In this document: positions 18,545-27,837 of the stretch, in pieces
Position numbering within the stretch: the stretch's first letter is position 1
Layout of the letters: each line of letters begins with the position of its first letter
Assembly (NCBI GenBank): GCA_965233585.1
Contig: CBDDTI010000747.1
Span: forward strand, 224,001-288,000
Direction: 5' to 3'
Source of the DNA: a bacterium
GTDB taxonomy: Bacteria; SAR324; NAC60-12
DNA: 64,000 bases
Translations under genes and position numbers: made by a program
Notes under the pieces: generated by a model
Told to the model about the DNA's origin: nothing
Database searches by the model: none
The model's input: only the letters and a program-made list of their open reading frames with translations

Positions 18545-20530
18545 ATGAAAAAATTATCTTCCTTCCTTGCTTCCCTTTTGTTTTTGGGAACAACTGTTTG
18601 GGCAGCTGGAACAACAACCAAAACCCAAACATACATCATCACCCCCAATGTTCTGGAGGCGTTAAGAACAGACTTGCAACAGGCGAAGTTCAGCAATATT
18701 GAAGGACTATTGGGCAAACTTGCTAACATTCAAAGTCAAGAGTTTCATAGCCGATTTGCGATGAGCAATGAAGTCCAAAATCTGTTACCTGAGGCAGAAG
18801 AGAATCTTGTCAATCTTGTCATTTATCGTTCGCAAGACAAAGCCTCTTTTCCTAGACCTGTTTCCACCTACATCGGAGAGAAAGAACGTGGAATCGGTGA
18901 GTTGCTTCAAGCAAGAATCGCAGTTGACCCATTCAATTTGATTGCATCGTTGATTTTTTTGTGTGCCATTCTTCACACGTTTTTTGCAGGAAGGATTACT
19001 GCCAAGGCGCATCATTACCACCATGAATACGAACACTCTGTTGAAGAAAAAAAACCAAAGGAATCCAAACGTGTGCTTTCTGTGATTTACCATTTTTTGG
19101 GTGAAGTAGAGGCAGTTTTTGGGATTTGGGCAGTGGTCTTAGCTGTTGTTTTTTCCACCTTTAAAGGAATGGGGGCGATGAAGGAATACTTTGTCAATGT
19201 CAATTACACCGAACCGATGTTTGTTGTGATCATCATGACTTTGGCTTCTACACGACCCGTGATTCAACTTGCAGAATTGTTAATGTCCAAAGTAGCCAAT
19301 ATGCTAGGAGGCACTTTGACTGCATGGTGGTTGACCATTATGACATTAGGACCTATTCTAGGCTCATTCATTACAGAACCTGCTGCCATGACGATTTCTG
19401 CACTGCTGTTGGCAAATAAATTTTATTCTCTCAAACCAAGCCATATTTTATCTTATGCAACGTTAGGGTTGCTTTTTGTCAATATCTCGGTAGGCGGGAC
19501 ACTTTCCCATTTTGCCGCACCTCCTGTTTTGATGGTTGCTGCGCCTTGGGGCTGGGATTTTCTCTTCATGCTCACGCATTTTGGCTGGAAAGCCGTGATT
19601 GGGATTGTCATTGCAACAGGGCTGTATTGGGCATTTTTCAAAAAAGAATTTGCAAAATTAGAGGAACAGTATGCAGATTTATTAGAATTGAAGTCGTTGC
19701 AAGATTCTGAGTTGGATACTGCAAAAATCAAAACAGACACAGAAAATGCTGTGGAGACCTTCCGAGAAGAATTAGGATTCTTGGAACGTGCCATGGCTCA
19801 ATTCAATGAAGTCAGAGCCAAGCTCAAACAACATTTTGCATCAGGCTTTCAAAAGTCTCCTAGATTAGAGGGAGTTTTTGACCAAATTTTTGACCAAACC
19901 TGTCAACGTGAAATTGAAAAAAGCATGCCTGCCTTGATTGAGCCTAAAAAACGTCCTGCATATCTTGACCCCAGATGGGATCAACGTGAAGACCCTACTC
20001 CTGCATGGGTGATGGTCGTCCATGTTTTGTTTATGGTTTGGACAGTGTTTTATGCACATTATCCCCCAATGTTTATTGGAGGATTTTTGTTTTTTCTTGG
20101 CTTTGCAAAAATTACTGAACCTTGCCAAAACAGAGTGGACCTCAAACCTGCATTGTTGGTTGGGTTTTTCCTTGCGGGGCTAGTCATTCATGGTGGTTTA
20201 CAAGCATGGTGGATTCAGCCTGTTCTTGGGTCATTGTCTGAAGTCCCCTTGATGCTTGGTGCAACTGTGTTAACTGCATTCAATGATAATGCGGCAATCA
20301 CTTATTTAAGCACTCTTGTCCCAGGATTTACTGACAGCTTAAAATATGCAGTGGTGGCAGGAGCGGTGACAGGTGGTGGTTTGACTGTGATTGCCAATGC
20401 TCCAAATCCTGCAGGGCAGTCCATACTTTCCAGATTTTTTCAAGGGGGCATTTCACCTGCTAACTTGGCTCTTTCGGCATTAATTCCAACAATCATTATG
20501 GGACTCGCTTTTATGCTTCTGCCTCATTAA
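18545..20530 (+). CDS. Putative Na+/H+ antiporter (DUF1504 family)
   Basis: HFLGEVEAVFGIW, GSFITEPAAMT, FVNISVGGTLSHFAAPPVLMVA, LTAFNDNAAITYL, GGGLTVIANAPNPAG. Confidence 0.82.
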   Translation: MKKLSSFLASLLFLGTTVWAAGTTTKTQTYIITPNVLEALRTDLQQAKFSNIEGLLGKLANIQSQEFHSRFAMSNEVQNLLPEAEENLVNLVIYRSQDKASFPRPVSTYIGEKERGIGELLQARIAVDPFNLIASLIFLCAILHTFFAGRITAKAHHYHHEYEHSVEEKKPKESKRVLSVIYHFLGEVEAVFGIWAVVLAVVFSTFKGMGAMKEYFVNVNYTEPMFVVIIMTLASTRPVIQLAELLMSKVANMLGGTLTAWWLTIMTLGPILGSFITEPAAMTISALLLANKFYSLKPSHILSYATLGLLFVNISVGGTLSHFAAPPVLMVAAPWGWDFLFMLTHFGWKAVIGIVIATGLYWAFFKKEFAKLEEQYADLLELKSLQDSELDTAKIKTDTENAVETFREELGFLERAMAQFNEVRAKLKQHFASGFQKSPRLEGVFDQIFDQTCQREIEKSMPALIEPKKRPAYLDPRWDQREDPTPAWVMVVHVLFMVWTVFYAHYPPMFIGGFLFFLGFAKITEPCQNRVDLKPALLVGFFLAGLVIHGGLQAWWIQPVLGSLSEVPLMLGATVLTAFNDNAAITYLSTLVPGFTDSLKYAVVAGAVTGGGLTVIANAPNPAGQSILSRFFQGGISPANLALSALIPTIIMGLAFMLLPH

Positions 20531-20557
20531 TTTTTTACCCACTCTATAAATCAAGAA

Positions 20558-20851
20558 ATGATAAAAAAATGTATTGGTTTCATGCTTTTGGTGTTGTTCA
20601 TTTCTTCTTGTACAGAAGAGACACGCAATCAATGGTTCCGCCAAGCAGATAACATTTTGGGAAAGGACTTGCGTGTGTCTTATGTGGACAATGGTGTCAT
20701 TGTCAAAACATGGATTGTACGAGACAGCAAAATCACAACGGGCAAAGATGAACAAGGTCAGGTGCTTGGATACTACTATTTTTGGGACGAAAAAATAGGC
20801 TATGTCCAAACTCCCATTGTCAGAACGATTATTGAGGAATTAAGAGACTAA
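20558..20851 (+). CDS. Small hypothetical lipoprotein
   Basis: Basic N-terminus, hydrophobic stretch, lipobox ISSC. Confidence 0.7.
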   Translation: MIKKCIGFMLLVLFISSCTEETRNQWFRQADNILGKDLRVSYVDNGVIVKTWIVRDSKITTGKDEQGQVLGYYYFWDEKIGYVQTPIVRTIIEELRD

Positions 20852-20951
20852 GTCTCATCAGTCTTGTCATGCGCTGTAAGTGAGTGATTGAAAAACTGAT
20901 AAAGACTATGATAGAATAGGCGGTTTACTTTCATTCGGAGACAAGATTTCA

Positions 20952-22634
20952 ATGTCATTGCTGCACACCACTGCCTATCATTTACTAATTTTCTTCTATA
21001 GATACAGATCTTTTGGTATTTTTTCACTCATCACGCTGGGAGTCATTGCATTAGACATTCTTTTTGAAAAATTAGTTTACCAGAGCTACACCCGTTTTCT
21101 TACAAATACTTTTGACAAGATTGAGGTGTTATCAGAGCTGGATTTGTCCTTTGCTCCTGAAGTGTGGCTCAGTTTGCTCGGCATGGTGTTGGGGACGCTC
21201 ATCATTGTCATCTCTATCGCATCTCAGAGCATTCCCAAGCTGATTGATTTGTATATGGAAGACATATACAGCTTATGCTACGTCTGGCTTTTGATTGTCT
21301 CCAGCGCCCATGTCGTGATTATCAAGTTGTATGGTGAAATTGACGTCGTCAGGGAGTCAAGCCGTGTCTTTAATATCCATATTCTGTTGCCCATCTGCAT
21401 TGCACTTGCGTTTCCTTACATTTACTACATTCTCAAATATACCAAACCAGACAACGTCATTAGCAAAATCTTTCACAGTTGCCGAAAAAATATTGACAAT
21501 TTAACTCATGCAACTGTCCAACAACGTCTCAGCTCTCCTACTTACCTAGAAAATTTTCAATACTATCTATTTGACGCACTCAATCAACTGGACGACCTCC
21601 TTGAGTATGTCTCTTTCAAAGAACCCAAAGCAGATATTGTCTATCGCATTAGCGAATTGACACGTGAATATATCAAGACCAAGCCAGACATTCCTAAAGT
21701 TTTTTTCAAAATCTCTCCCCGTGTCCAGCTTGATATTTCTTTCCGCACTATGACAGGACAGTTTTTGGAAATGGAGAAGCAAAATAATTTTTATGAACAA
21801 AAATGTTTGAGTGTTTTGGGCAACATTTACATCAATTTTCTTGAAGAAAAATACTTTGACCTTGCCTCTTTGTGTGCCTCTGAACATGTAGAAATTGCTA
21901 AAGTGGCGATTGAAATGGAAGACCATCATGTCATTGACACATTGATCGTTCGTTTCAATACACTTCTGCGGTTTGGAATCAAACATGGCTTAAAAAACAG
22001 CGAACCAAGAAACTTGTATAACGCTATTTTTTACTATGGAAGTTTTGTAGAGTGGCTTGCAAGGGCAGGAATGGTGGACTCTGTCAAAAAAGCGTTTACA
22101 TACTTTAGGATTTATGGCAATGAAGTCTATAAACATGGGTCCATTGTGCCAACAATGTACTTCATCGTTGATGTCTTTGCAGTAGAGATGAAGAAGACTC
22201 TCATTTTTGCCCATGAAAATTCGTGGTCTCCTGAAGTTCAAAGTCAATTATTGAAAGAATTTTTGATGATTGACATGCCCCCAGACTTAGGAAAAAAAGA
22301 CATCAACATCAAAGTTCTTGCCAACAGTGGAACAAGAATTTTGCAGATTGCTCTGTCTCTTCATTTTCTGAAGCATGGACAAAACGAATTTGCAGGTAAA
22401 ATTTTTGATGATTTACTTGATGACCTTGAGATTATGGGCGAGGCTCTCTTTCGCCAAACCATCACTAATTCGTGCAATCGCTTGCAATTTTCTGGTCCCA
22501 CATTTTGGGAATATACCGACCGTGGTAACATGAACATGTATTACACACCAGACCAAGACCAAATTGAAAAATTTCGTGCCTTGATGAACGCCAAAGCAGA
22601 TTTTAAGTTGAAAAAGAAAGCCCAATCTGCATGA
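20952..22634 (+). CDS. DUF2254-like membrane protein
   Basis: N-terminal TMs with IVISIASQSIPKLIDLY followed by a long helical soluble region. Confidence 0.55.
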   Translation: MSLLHTTAYHLLIFFYRYRSFGIFSLITLGVIALDILFEKLVYQSYTRFLTNTFDKIEVLSELDLSFAPEVWLSLLGMVLGTLIIVISIASQSIPKLIDLYMEDIYSLCYVWLLIVSSAHVVIIKLYGEIDVVRESSRVFNIHILLPICIALAFPYIYYILKYTKPDNVISKIFHSCRKNIDNLTHATVQQRLSSPTYLENFQYYLFDALNQLDDLLEYVSFKEPKADIVYRISELTREYIKTKPDIPKVFFKISPRVQLDISFRTMTGQFLEMEKQNNFYEQKCLSVLGNIYINFLEEKYFDLASLCASEHVEIAKVAIEMEDHHVIDTLIVRFNTLLRFGIKHGLKNSEPRNLYNAIFYYGSFVEWLARAGMVDSVKKAFTYFRIYGNEVYKHGSIVPTMYFIVDVFAVEMKKTLIFAHENSWSPEVQSQLLKEFLMIDMPPDLGKKDINIKVLANSGTRILQIALSLHFLKHGQNEFAGKIFDDLLDDLEIMGEALFRQTITNSCNRLQFSGPTFWEYTDRGNMNMYYTPDQDQIEKFRALMNAKADFKLKKKAQSA

Positions 22635-22868
22635 AATGAAACTCTACTTTCAACTCTCTAAATCCAAATCTCATCTTCATCTGACAATTCCCTCCTCTTT
22701 TCAAACACCTCTCTTTTTTTCCTCACTCTTGAGTCCCAAGCCATGAGTCATCTCCCCATGGTTCATCAAAAAATCCTCTTCAACTCAAAAACTCAAAATC
22801 AAACATTCTCACCTCGTGAGAATGCGACTTCAGCATCATGTCCTTGCATGTTTCAGTTTGGCATACAC

Positions 22869-22885
22869 TTGGCATAATGGTTGCT
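22869..22885 (+). promoter_or_regulatory. Sigma54 (-24/-12) promoter
   Basis: TTGGCATAATGGTTGCT = GG-N10-GC with TGGCA/TTGC consensus, about 26 nt before ATG 22912. Confidence 0.7.
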
Positions 22886-22911
22886 TATTTACAATTCAAT
22901 CAAACCAAACT

Positions 22912-23130
22912 ATGAAACTTTCTTTAAGCAAACTAGTTATCATTTTCATTTTAGTCATCGTTGCCATTCTTGCCCTGCACCCAGAATTGACAGAAGAAAG
23001 CCAGATGCTGCAACTCGGTTTAAGTCAGTTATGGGTCAGCCTTCAAGAAGTGGGTCAAGTACTTTGGGAAATGGGAGAATCTGTTGCAGAAATTTTTAAG
23101 TTTTTGTGGAATAAATATATTTCTAATTAA
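22912..23130 (+). CDS. Small hypothetical membrane protein
   Basis: MKLSLSKLVIIFILVIVAILAL plus amphipathic helix; follows the sigma54 site. Confidence 0.65.
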   Translation: MKLSLSKLVIIFILVIVAILALHPELTEESQMLQLGLSQLWVSLQEVGQVLWEMGESVAEIFKFLWNKYISN

Positions 23131-23150
23131 TTATAAGTAATGAGGTCAAT

Positions 23151-23558
23151 ATGAATCCAGTTAAACGCTCATATCAGTTTCGGATACTGGTGAATTTTCG
23201 GGTGAGCCCTAATATCAATCTTCCAATTTTAGTTGATAGAATCCGTTGGGAAGAGATGATGAGTGTTGCAGATTCTGCATGTATGGAGGCACAGTGCCGA
23301 TTTTTAGATTTAGCACACCATGAGAATCAGCTGACATTGTTGATTGCCTTAAAAAAATCAGACTTACACTCTACTTTAGATCAGCTGGAGGTAGAGTTTA
23401 ACAGGAAAATGAAATCGGTGATCCAGCCCCTAGAAGAACATTTCATGGGTGGAAGCTTTTTTGAGGAAATTGCTTGTTCTAGTGCTGATGCAGACGGTGC
23501 CACATCTTTGCCCAAAAAAGCATCATACCAAAAACAAAAAGAAGCAGTCCCTAGCTGA
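23151..23558 (+). CDS. Hypothetical protein resembling an inactivated IS200/IS605 TnpA (Y1) fold; ends at an in-frame UGA
   Basis: GAGG SD; ACMEAQCRFLDLAHHENQLTLLI and LEVEFNRKMKSVIQPLEEHFMGGSFF match TnpA motif spacing by eye, HUH replaced by QLT. Confidence 0.55.
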   Translation: MNPVKRSYQFRILVNFRVSPNINLPILVDRIRWEEMMSVADSACMEAQCRFLDLAHHENQLTLLIALKKSDLHSTLDQLEVEFNRKMKSVIQPLEEHFMGGSFFEEIACSSADADGATSLPKKASYQKQKEAVPS

Positions 23559-23981
23559 AGAGAAACCAATCCCCAACAGCAGTGGTATGCTCTCATTGGT
23601 TTGATTTCGTCATACGCATTCCATCACGACCAAGCAGACACTGTTGCAGGAATCAACCAAGACTGGTGTCATCAAACTCTCCAAACACTGCTGAACATCT
23701 GTTCTGAAAACCACAAGTCTTTGTTAGATACCATTTCAGAACTACTAGAATTTAATACTCTTGTCAAAACAGGAATGATCTCTCCAGAAGGAAACCCCCC
23801 TCCTGATTTAGAAGATATTGCAAAACACATCTGGCGTGAATGCCAAGACAAATCTTTTGTTGAAACTCTCCAATTTCTCATCAATCAAAGAAAAATGATG
23901 CTGCAAGAGTTATCGGACTCTGTCAACGTTCTAAGCCAGAAAACACAAGCCATTTCCATTGAAAATCTTTGTCAAATTTAA
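23559..23981 (+). CDS. In-frame continuation of 23151-23558 (helical hypothetical domain); ORF track starts it at TTG 23601
   Basis: Same frame, open from the codon after TGA 23556-23558 to TAA 23981; no SD before TTG 23601. Confidence 0.55.
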   Translation, partial: RETNPQQQWYALIGLISSYAFHHDQADTVAGINQDWCHQTLQTLLNICSENHKSLLDTISELLEFNTLVKTGMISPEGNPPPDLEDIAKHIWRECQDKSFVETLQFLINQRKMMLQELSDSVNVLSQKTQAISIENLCQI

Positions 23982-23990
23982 TTGATTTAT

Positions 23991-24004
23991 TTGATAAATT
24001 TCAA
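23991..24004. promoter_or_regulatory. Possible FNR/CRP-family box upstream of act operon
   Basis: TTGAT-AAAT-TTCAA, one mismatch to TTGAT-N4-ATCAA, but in very AT-rich DNA. Confidence 0.3.
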
Positions 24005-24100
24005 AATAAATTTGAATTTATGTGTTGCACTTTTTTTCAATATTCTTTTTAATATCCGTTTTCGTTTTAAAAATCCTATCCTTTTAAAGCAGTTAGATTT

Positions 24101-24868
24101 ATGAAGAGAAAAGCGTATTGGCTCTTTTTTATTTCATTCTCACTTTTGCTGGGAGCATTATCCAGTGTTCATGCACAAGAGATGTCTGCTCAACCACAAG
24201 CTGTACCAGCACATGCCGTTGAACAGCCCATCGCATTTAGTCATCAGTTGCATGCCACAGAAAATCAGACTCCCTGTCAATATTGCCATATTTACGCAAG
24301 ACGTTCTTCGTCTTCTGGTGTTCCATCGGTGAACATTTGTATTGGTTGTCATGGAACGAAGCAAATGCCCATCATCGCACCCGATTCTGCTGAAGTTGCT
24401 AAACTTCGTGATTATTGGGACAAGCAAGAGCCAATTCCTTGGCAAAAAGTGCATGACGTGCCTGACTTCGTGAGGTTTCCTCATAAATCCCATATCAACG
24501 CCAGTCCAACACGTTTTGTTGAAGGAGCAGAAAGTGCTTGCGACCCCAATCAAGATTCACGTTCCACAGCGTGTATGATTAAACTGTTCAAGCAAGGTGG
24601 AGACACGAGATGTCAAGCCTGCCACGGAAACATTGCAAGTATGCCTGTTGTCTATCAAGTAGATGAGAATTTTGCTGACATGGGGTGGTGTCTGAATTGT
24701 CATTTACAAGTCAAAGGAGCTAAAGCCCGCAAATCATTGACAAGCACTATGGGGGCTTGGTTTAACTTCCAAGAAGAAGAAAAACAAAGGCTCAAGAACA
24801 TGGCTTTGCTCAACCCCAAAGGGTATCACAACCCCAACATTTCTGACTGTGCTGCTTGTCATTACTAG
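24101..24868 (+). CDS. actA: Alternative complex III pentaheme cytochrome c
   Basis: Five CxxCH motifs (CQYCH, CIGCH, CQACH, CLNCH, CAACH), QPIAFSH, PDFVRFPH, MGWC. Confidence 0.88.
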   Translation: MKRKAYWLFFISFSLLLGALSSVHAQEMSAQPQAVPAHAVEQPIAFSHQLHATENQTPCQYCHIYARRSSSSGVPSVNICIGCHGTKQMPIIAPDSAEVAKLRDYWDKQEPIPWQKVHDVPDFVRFPHKSHINASPTRFVEGAESACDPNQDSRSTACMIKLFKQGGDTRCQACHGNIASMPVVYQVDENFADMGWCLNCHLQVKGAKARKSLTSTMGAWFNFQEEEKQRLKNMALLNPKGYHNPNISDCAACHY

Positions 24869-24879
24869 GAGTTAAATTG

Positions 24880-27819
24880 ATGAAAAGAGGATTAAGCAGA
24901 AGAAATTTATTAAAGTATGCAGGTTTAAGCGGGGCGTCTGCTGTTGCGGCAGGTTGTCAAAATGAACCTGAAAAGATTATTCCTTTACTTATTCCACCCA
25001 ACGAGTTTGAGTATGTTCCCCAACAAGCATACCAATACATGACCACTTGTCATGAATGTTCTGCAGGTTGTGGAATGATGGTCACCGTGCGTGAAGGTCG
25101 TGCGCAGAAAGCAGAGGGTAACCCTCTTCACCCCATTAACAAAGGTGCATTGTGTTCTCACGGGCAAGCATCTATGCAGGCTCTCTACAACCCTGAACGG
25201 CTACCTTTGCCTTTGAAAAAAGGAGGTGAGCAAACAGATTGGGACACTGCACTCAAGTTGTTCCAAGAGAAAGTCAAAGCATCTCAAGGGAAAATTGCTT
25301 ATGTCAGCTCCAATTTGACTGCCACCAAAAAGAAGTTTGTGAGCCAGTGGCTTACAGAAGTTGGAGGTCGGCATGTCGTTTTTGAACTCTTTCAGCCTGA
25401 TAGTCTGAAGCAGGCTAATGAAATTGCCTTCGGTCAAGCTCAAGTGCCTGTTTTTGCCTTTGAAGAGGCAGAGTATCTTTTGAACTTTGGTGCAGACTTC
25501 GTTGAAAGTTGGGGGTCCTCAAGCGAGCATTCCAGACGCTTTGCACAAATGAGACTTCACACCAAAGAACATCATAAAGTCAAATATGTTCATGCCAGCC
25601 CCCATGTCTCTTTGACTGGTGCGCAGTCTGACGAGTGGGTGCCGATTAAGCCCGGAACTGAAGGCTTGATGGCATTAGCTCTTGCCTATGAAGTGCGTCA
25701 AGCCAAAGGAGGTTATGAATTTTTGCAGGAATATCTTGAACGATACACACCAGACAAAGTTGCCTCAAAGATAGGAATTGACGCCAAACGCATTCGTGAA
25801 ATTGCCCAAGAAATTATCAAAGCATCTCCCAGTTTGATTCTTGGCGGGGGTAATTTAGTGGCATCAGAACATGGTGTCTCAACATTAGTAGCAGTGAATA
25901 TCTTGAACGCAGTCGCTGGCAATCTAGGTAGAACCGTCAGATTCACTGACAACGTTTCAGAAGACGATAATTCATACAAAATTCAAAACTTAATTCAAGA
26001 TTTAGAACAATCTCAAATAGATTTGGTCATCTTTGATGAGGTCAATCCCGTTTATGCCTTGCCCAAATCTGCTAACTTTGAAGCGCTGCTCAAAAAAACT
26101 TTCACTGTCAGCCTCTGTTCTGCAAAATCAGAGACTGCACATGTTTCGGATTTAGTACTTGCGACGTTGACACCTTATGAGACGTGGGGCGATGCAGAAG
26201 TCCGTGATGGAGTACGCAGCATCTCTCAGCCTGTCATGGCGCCAGTTGATGTTTTCAATGCAAAAGCAACAGAAGAAATTTTACTTTCAACAGCCAAGAC
26301 GATAGGACTGGAATCGTTTGTCAATATTCCAACTTACTTGGCATACCTACAAAGCGAATGGAAAGCACTCAGCCCTGACCAAACTGATGCAGGATTCAGA
26401 AGTTTTTGGATTTCTGTTTTAGAAAATGGAGGAATCTTCAGAGAAACCAGAGAGAGTGATGTAGAACTGCTTGAAAATGTTCTCTCATTTCAGCCTCAAG
26501 AAGTGTCTTTAGAAGGCGACGGCTTTGCATTTTTACCTCTGCCTTCACCCATGTTAGGAGACGGAAGCGGTGCAAACAAACCTTGGCTTCAAGAGGTGCC
26601 AGACCCAATGAGTCAGATTGTTTGGGACTCTTGGCTAGAAATCAACCCTGACACTGCAAAAAGCCTCAAGATAGGTGATCGTGATGTTGTGGAAGTTTCA
26701 ACACCTTATGGCGCTTTGACTTTAACTGCATATTACCATTTTGGCATTCATCGGGAGGCTGTTGGTATTCAAATTGGTCAAGGTCATACTAACTCCGGTG
26801 TAGTTGCAGACGGGTTTGGTGTCAATGCCCTAGATTTACTGCCTTATCAGCATGACAAAGTTTCTGGTGGCTTTTCATTTTTGTCGGTGAAAGCTCAAGT
26901 CAAGAAAATCCCCAAAAAATCATACACTGTGAACATGGACGGCAATGCCCGTCAATTAGGGAGAGAGATTGCTGTCTCCATCACTTTAGAAGAACTGAAA
27001 AAAGGAAAGACTTATAAGAAGGGACACAAACGACCTGTTGAATTTTACCCCGAACGTGCTAAGACTGCGGGGTATTACAAGCCGTATCGCTGGGGAATGG
27101 TCATTGATTTAGACCGTTGTGATGGTTGTTCTGCCTGTGTTGTTGCCTGTTATGCAGAAAATAATATTCCCGTCGTCGGTAAGGAAAGAATGGCACTAGG
27201 ACGAGAAATGTCTTGGTTGAGAATGGAACGTTACATTGAAGGCTTTGGAGACAATTTTGAAGTCCGCTTCATTCCAATGGGTTGCCAGCATTGCGAAAAT
27301 GCAGGTTGTGAAACCGTCTGTCCTGTCTATGCCACATATCACAACCCAGAAGGATTGAATATCCAAGTTTACAATCGCTGTGTTGGGACACGTTATTGTT
27401 CTAACAACTGTGCATACAAAGTCAGACGATTTAATTGGTTTCAATATGATTTTCCTGCTCCCTTAGACCAACAACTCAATAGTTCCATCACCACACGTGA
27501 CATGGGAGTCATGGAAAAATGCACATGGTGTGTGCAAAGAATCAAAGAGGCTCAATATCAAGCGAAAAAACTCAATAGAGATGTGCTAGATGGAGAAGTT
27601 GTTACAGCATGCCAACAAACCTGTGCCACCAATGCTATTACTTTTGGAAACTTGGCAGACCCTGAAAGCCGTGTCTCACAACTAGCCAAACGTAGAAAAC
27701 ATGAGGTAGATTCAAGAGACCGTCAATATGAAGTGTTGTCTGAACTCAACTTCAAGCCTGCTGTGACTTATTTGAAAAAAATTAGATTTCGTGAAACAGA
27801 ACCGTTTGGAACACACTAG
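24880..27819 (+). CDS. actB: Alternative complex III molybdopterin-oxidoreductase-like/Fe-S fusion subunit
   Basis: AGGAG SD + ATG 24880, Tat motif SRRNLLK, PWLQEVPDP, CDGCSACVVAC, CQHCENAGCETVCP, RCVGTRYCSNNC, MEKCTWC. Confidence 0.9.
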   Translation: MKRGLSRRNLLKYAGLSGASAVAAGCQNEPEKIIPLLIPPNEFEYVPQQAYQYMTTCHECSAGCGMMVTVREGRAQKAEGNPLHPINKGALCSHGQASMQALYNPERLPLPLKKGGEQTDWDTALKLFQEKVKASQGKIAYVSSNLTATKKKFVSQWLTEVGGRHVVFELFQPDSLKQANEIAFGQAQVPVFAFEEAEYLLNFGADFVESWGSSSEHSRRFAQMRLHTKEHHKVKYVHASPHVSLTGAQSDEWVPIKPGTEGLMALALAYEVRQAKGGYEFLQEYLERYTPDKVASKIGIDAKRIREIAQEIIKASPSLILGGGNLVASEHGVSTLVAVNILNAVAGNLGRTVRFTDNVSEDDNSYKIQNLIQDLEQSQIDLVIFDEVNPVYALPKSANFEALLKKTFTVSLCSAKSETAHVSDLVLATLTPYETWGDAEVRDGVRSISQPVMAPVDVFNAKATEEILLSTAKTIGLESFVNIPTYLAYLQSEWKALSPDQTDAGFRSFWISVLENGGIFRETRESDVELLENVLSFQPQEVSLEGDGFAFLPLPSPMLGDGSGANKPWLQEVPDPMSQIVWDSWLEINPDTAKSLKIGDRDVVEVSTPYGALTLTAYYHFGIHREAVGIQIGQGHTNSGVVADGFGVNALDLLPYQHDKVSGGFSFLSVKAQVKKIPKKSYTVNMDGNARQLGREIAVSITLEELKKGKTYKKGHKRPVEFYPERAKTAGYYKPYRWGMVIDLDRCDGCSACVVACYAENNIPVVGKERMALGREMSWLRMERYIEGFGDNFEVRFIPMGCQHCENAGCETVCPVYATYHNPEGLNIQVYNRCVGTRYCSNNCAYKVRRFNWFQYDFPAPLDQQLNSSITTRDMGVMEKCTWCVQRIKEAQYQAKKLNRDVLDGEVVTACQQTCATNAITFGNLADPESRVSQLAKRRKHEVDSRDRQYEVLSELNFKPAVTYLKKIRFRETEPFGTH

Positions 27820-27837
27820 CCCGAGAGGAAACGCCTT

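Noticed and set aside
23151..23981. Active IS200/IS605 element
   Set aside because: HUH motif absent, no tnpB or RuvC motifs downstream, no terminal hairpins recognised
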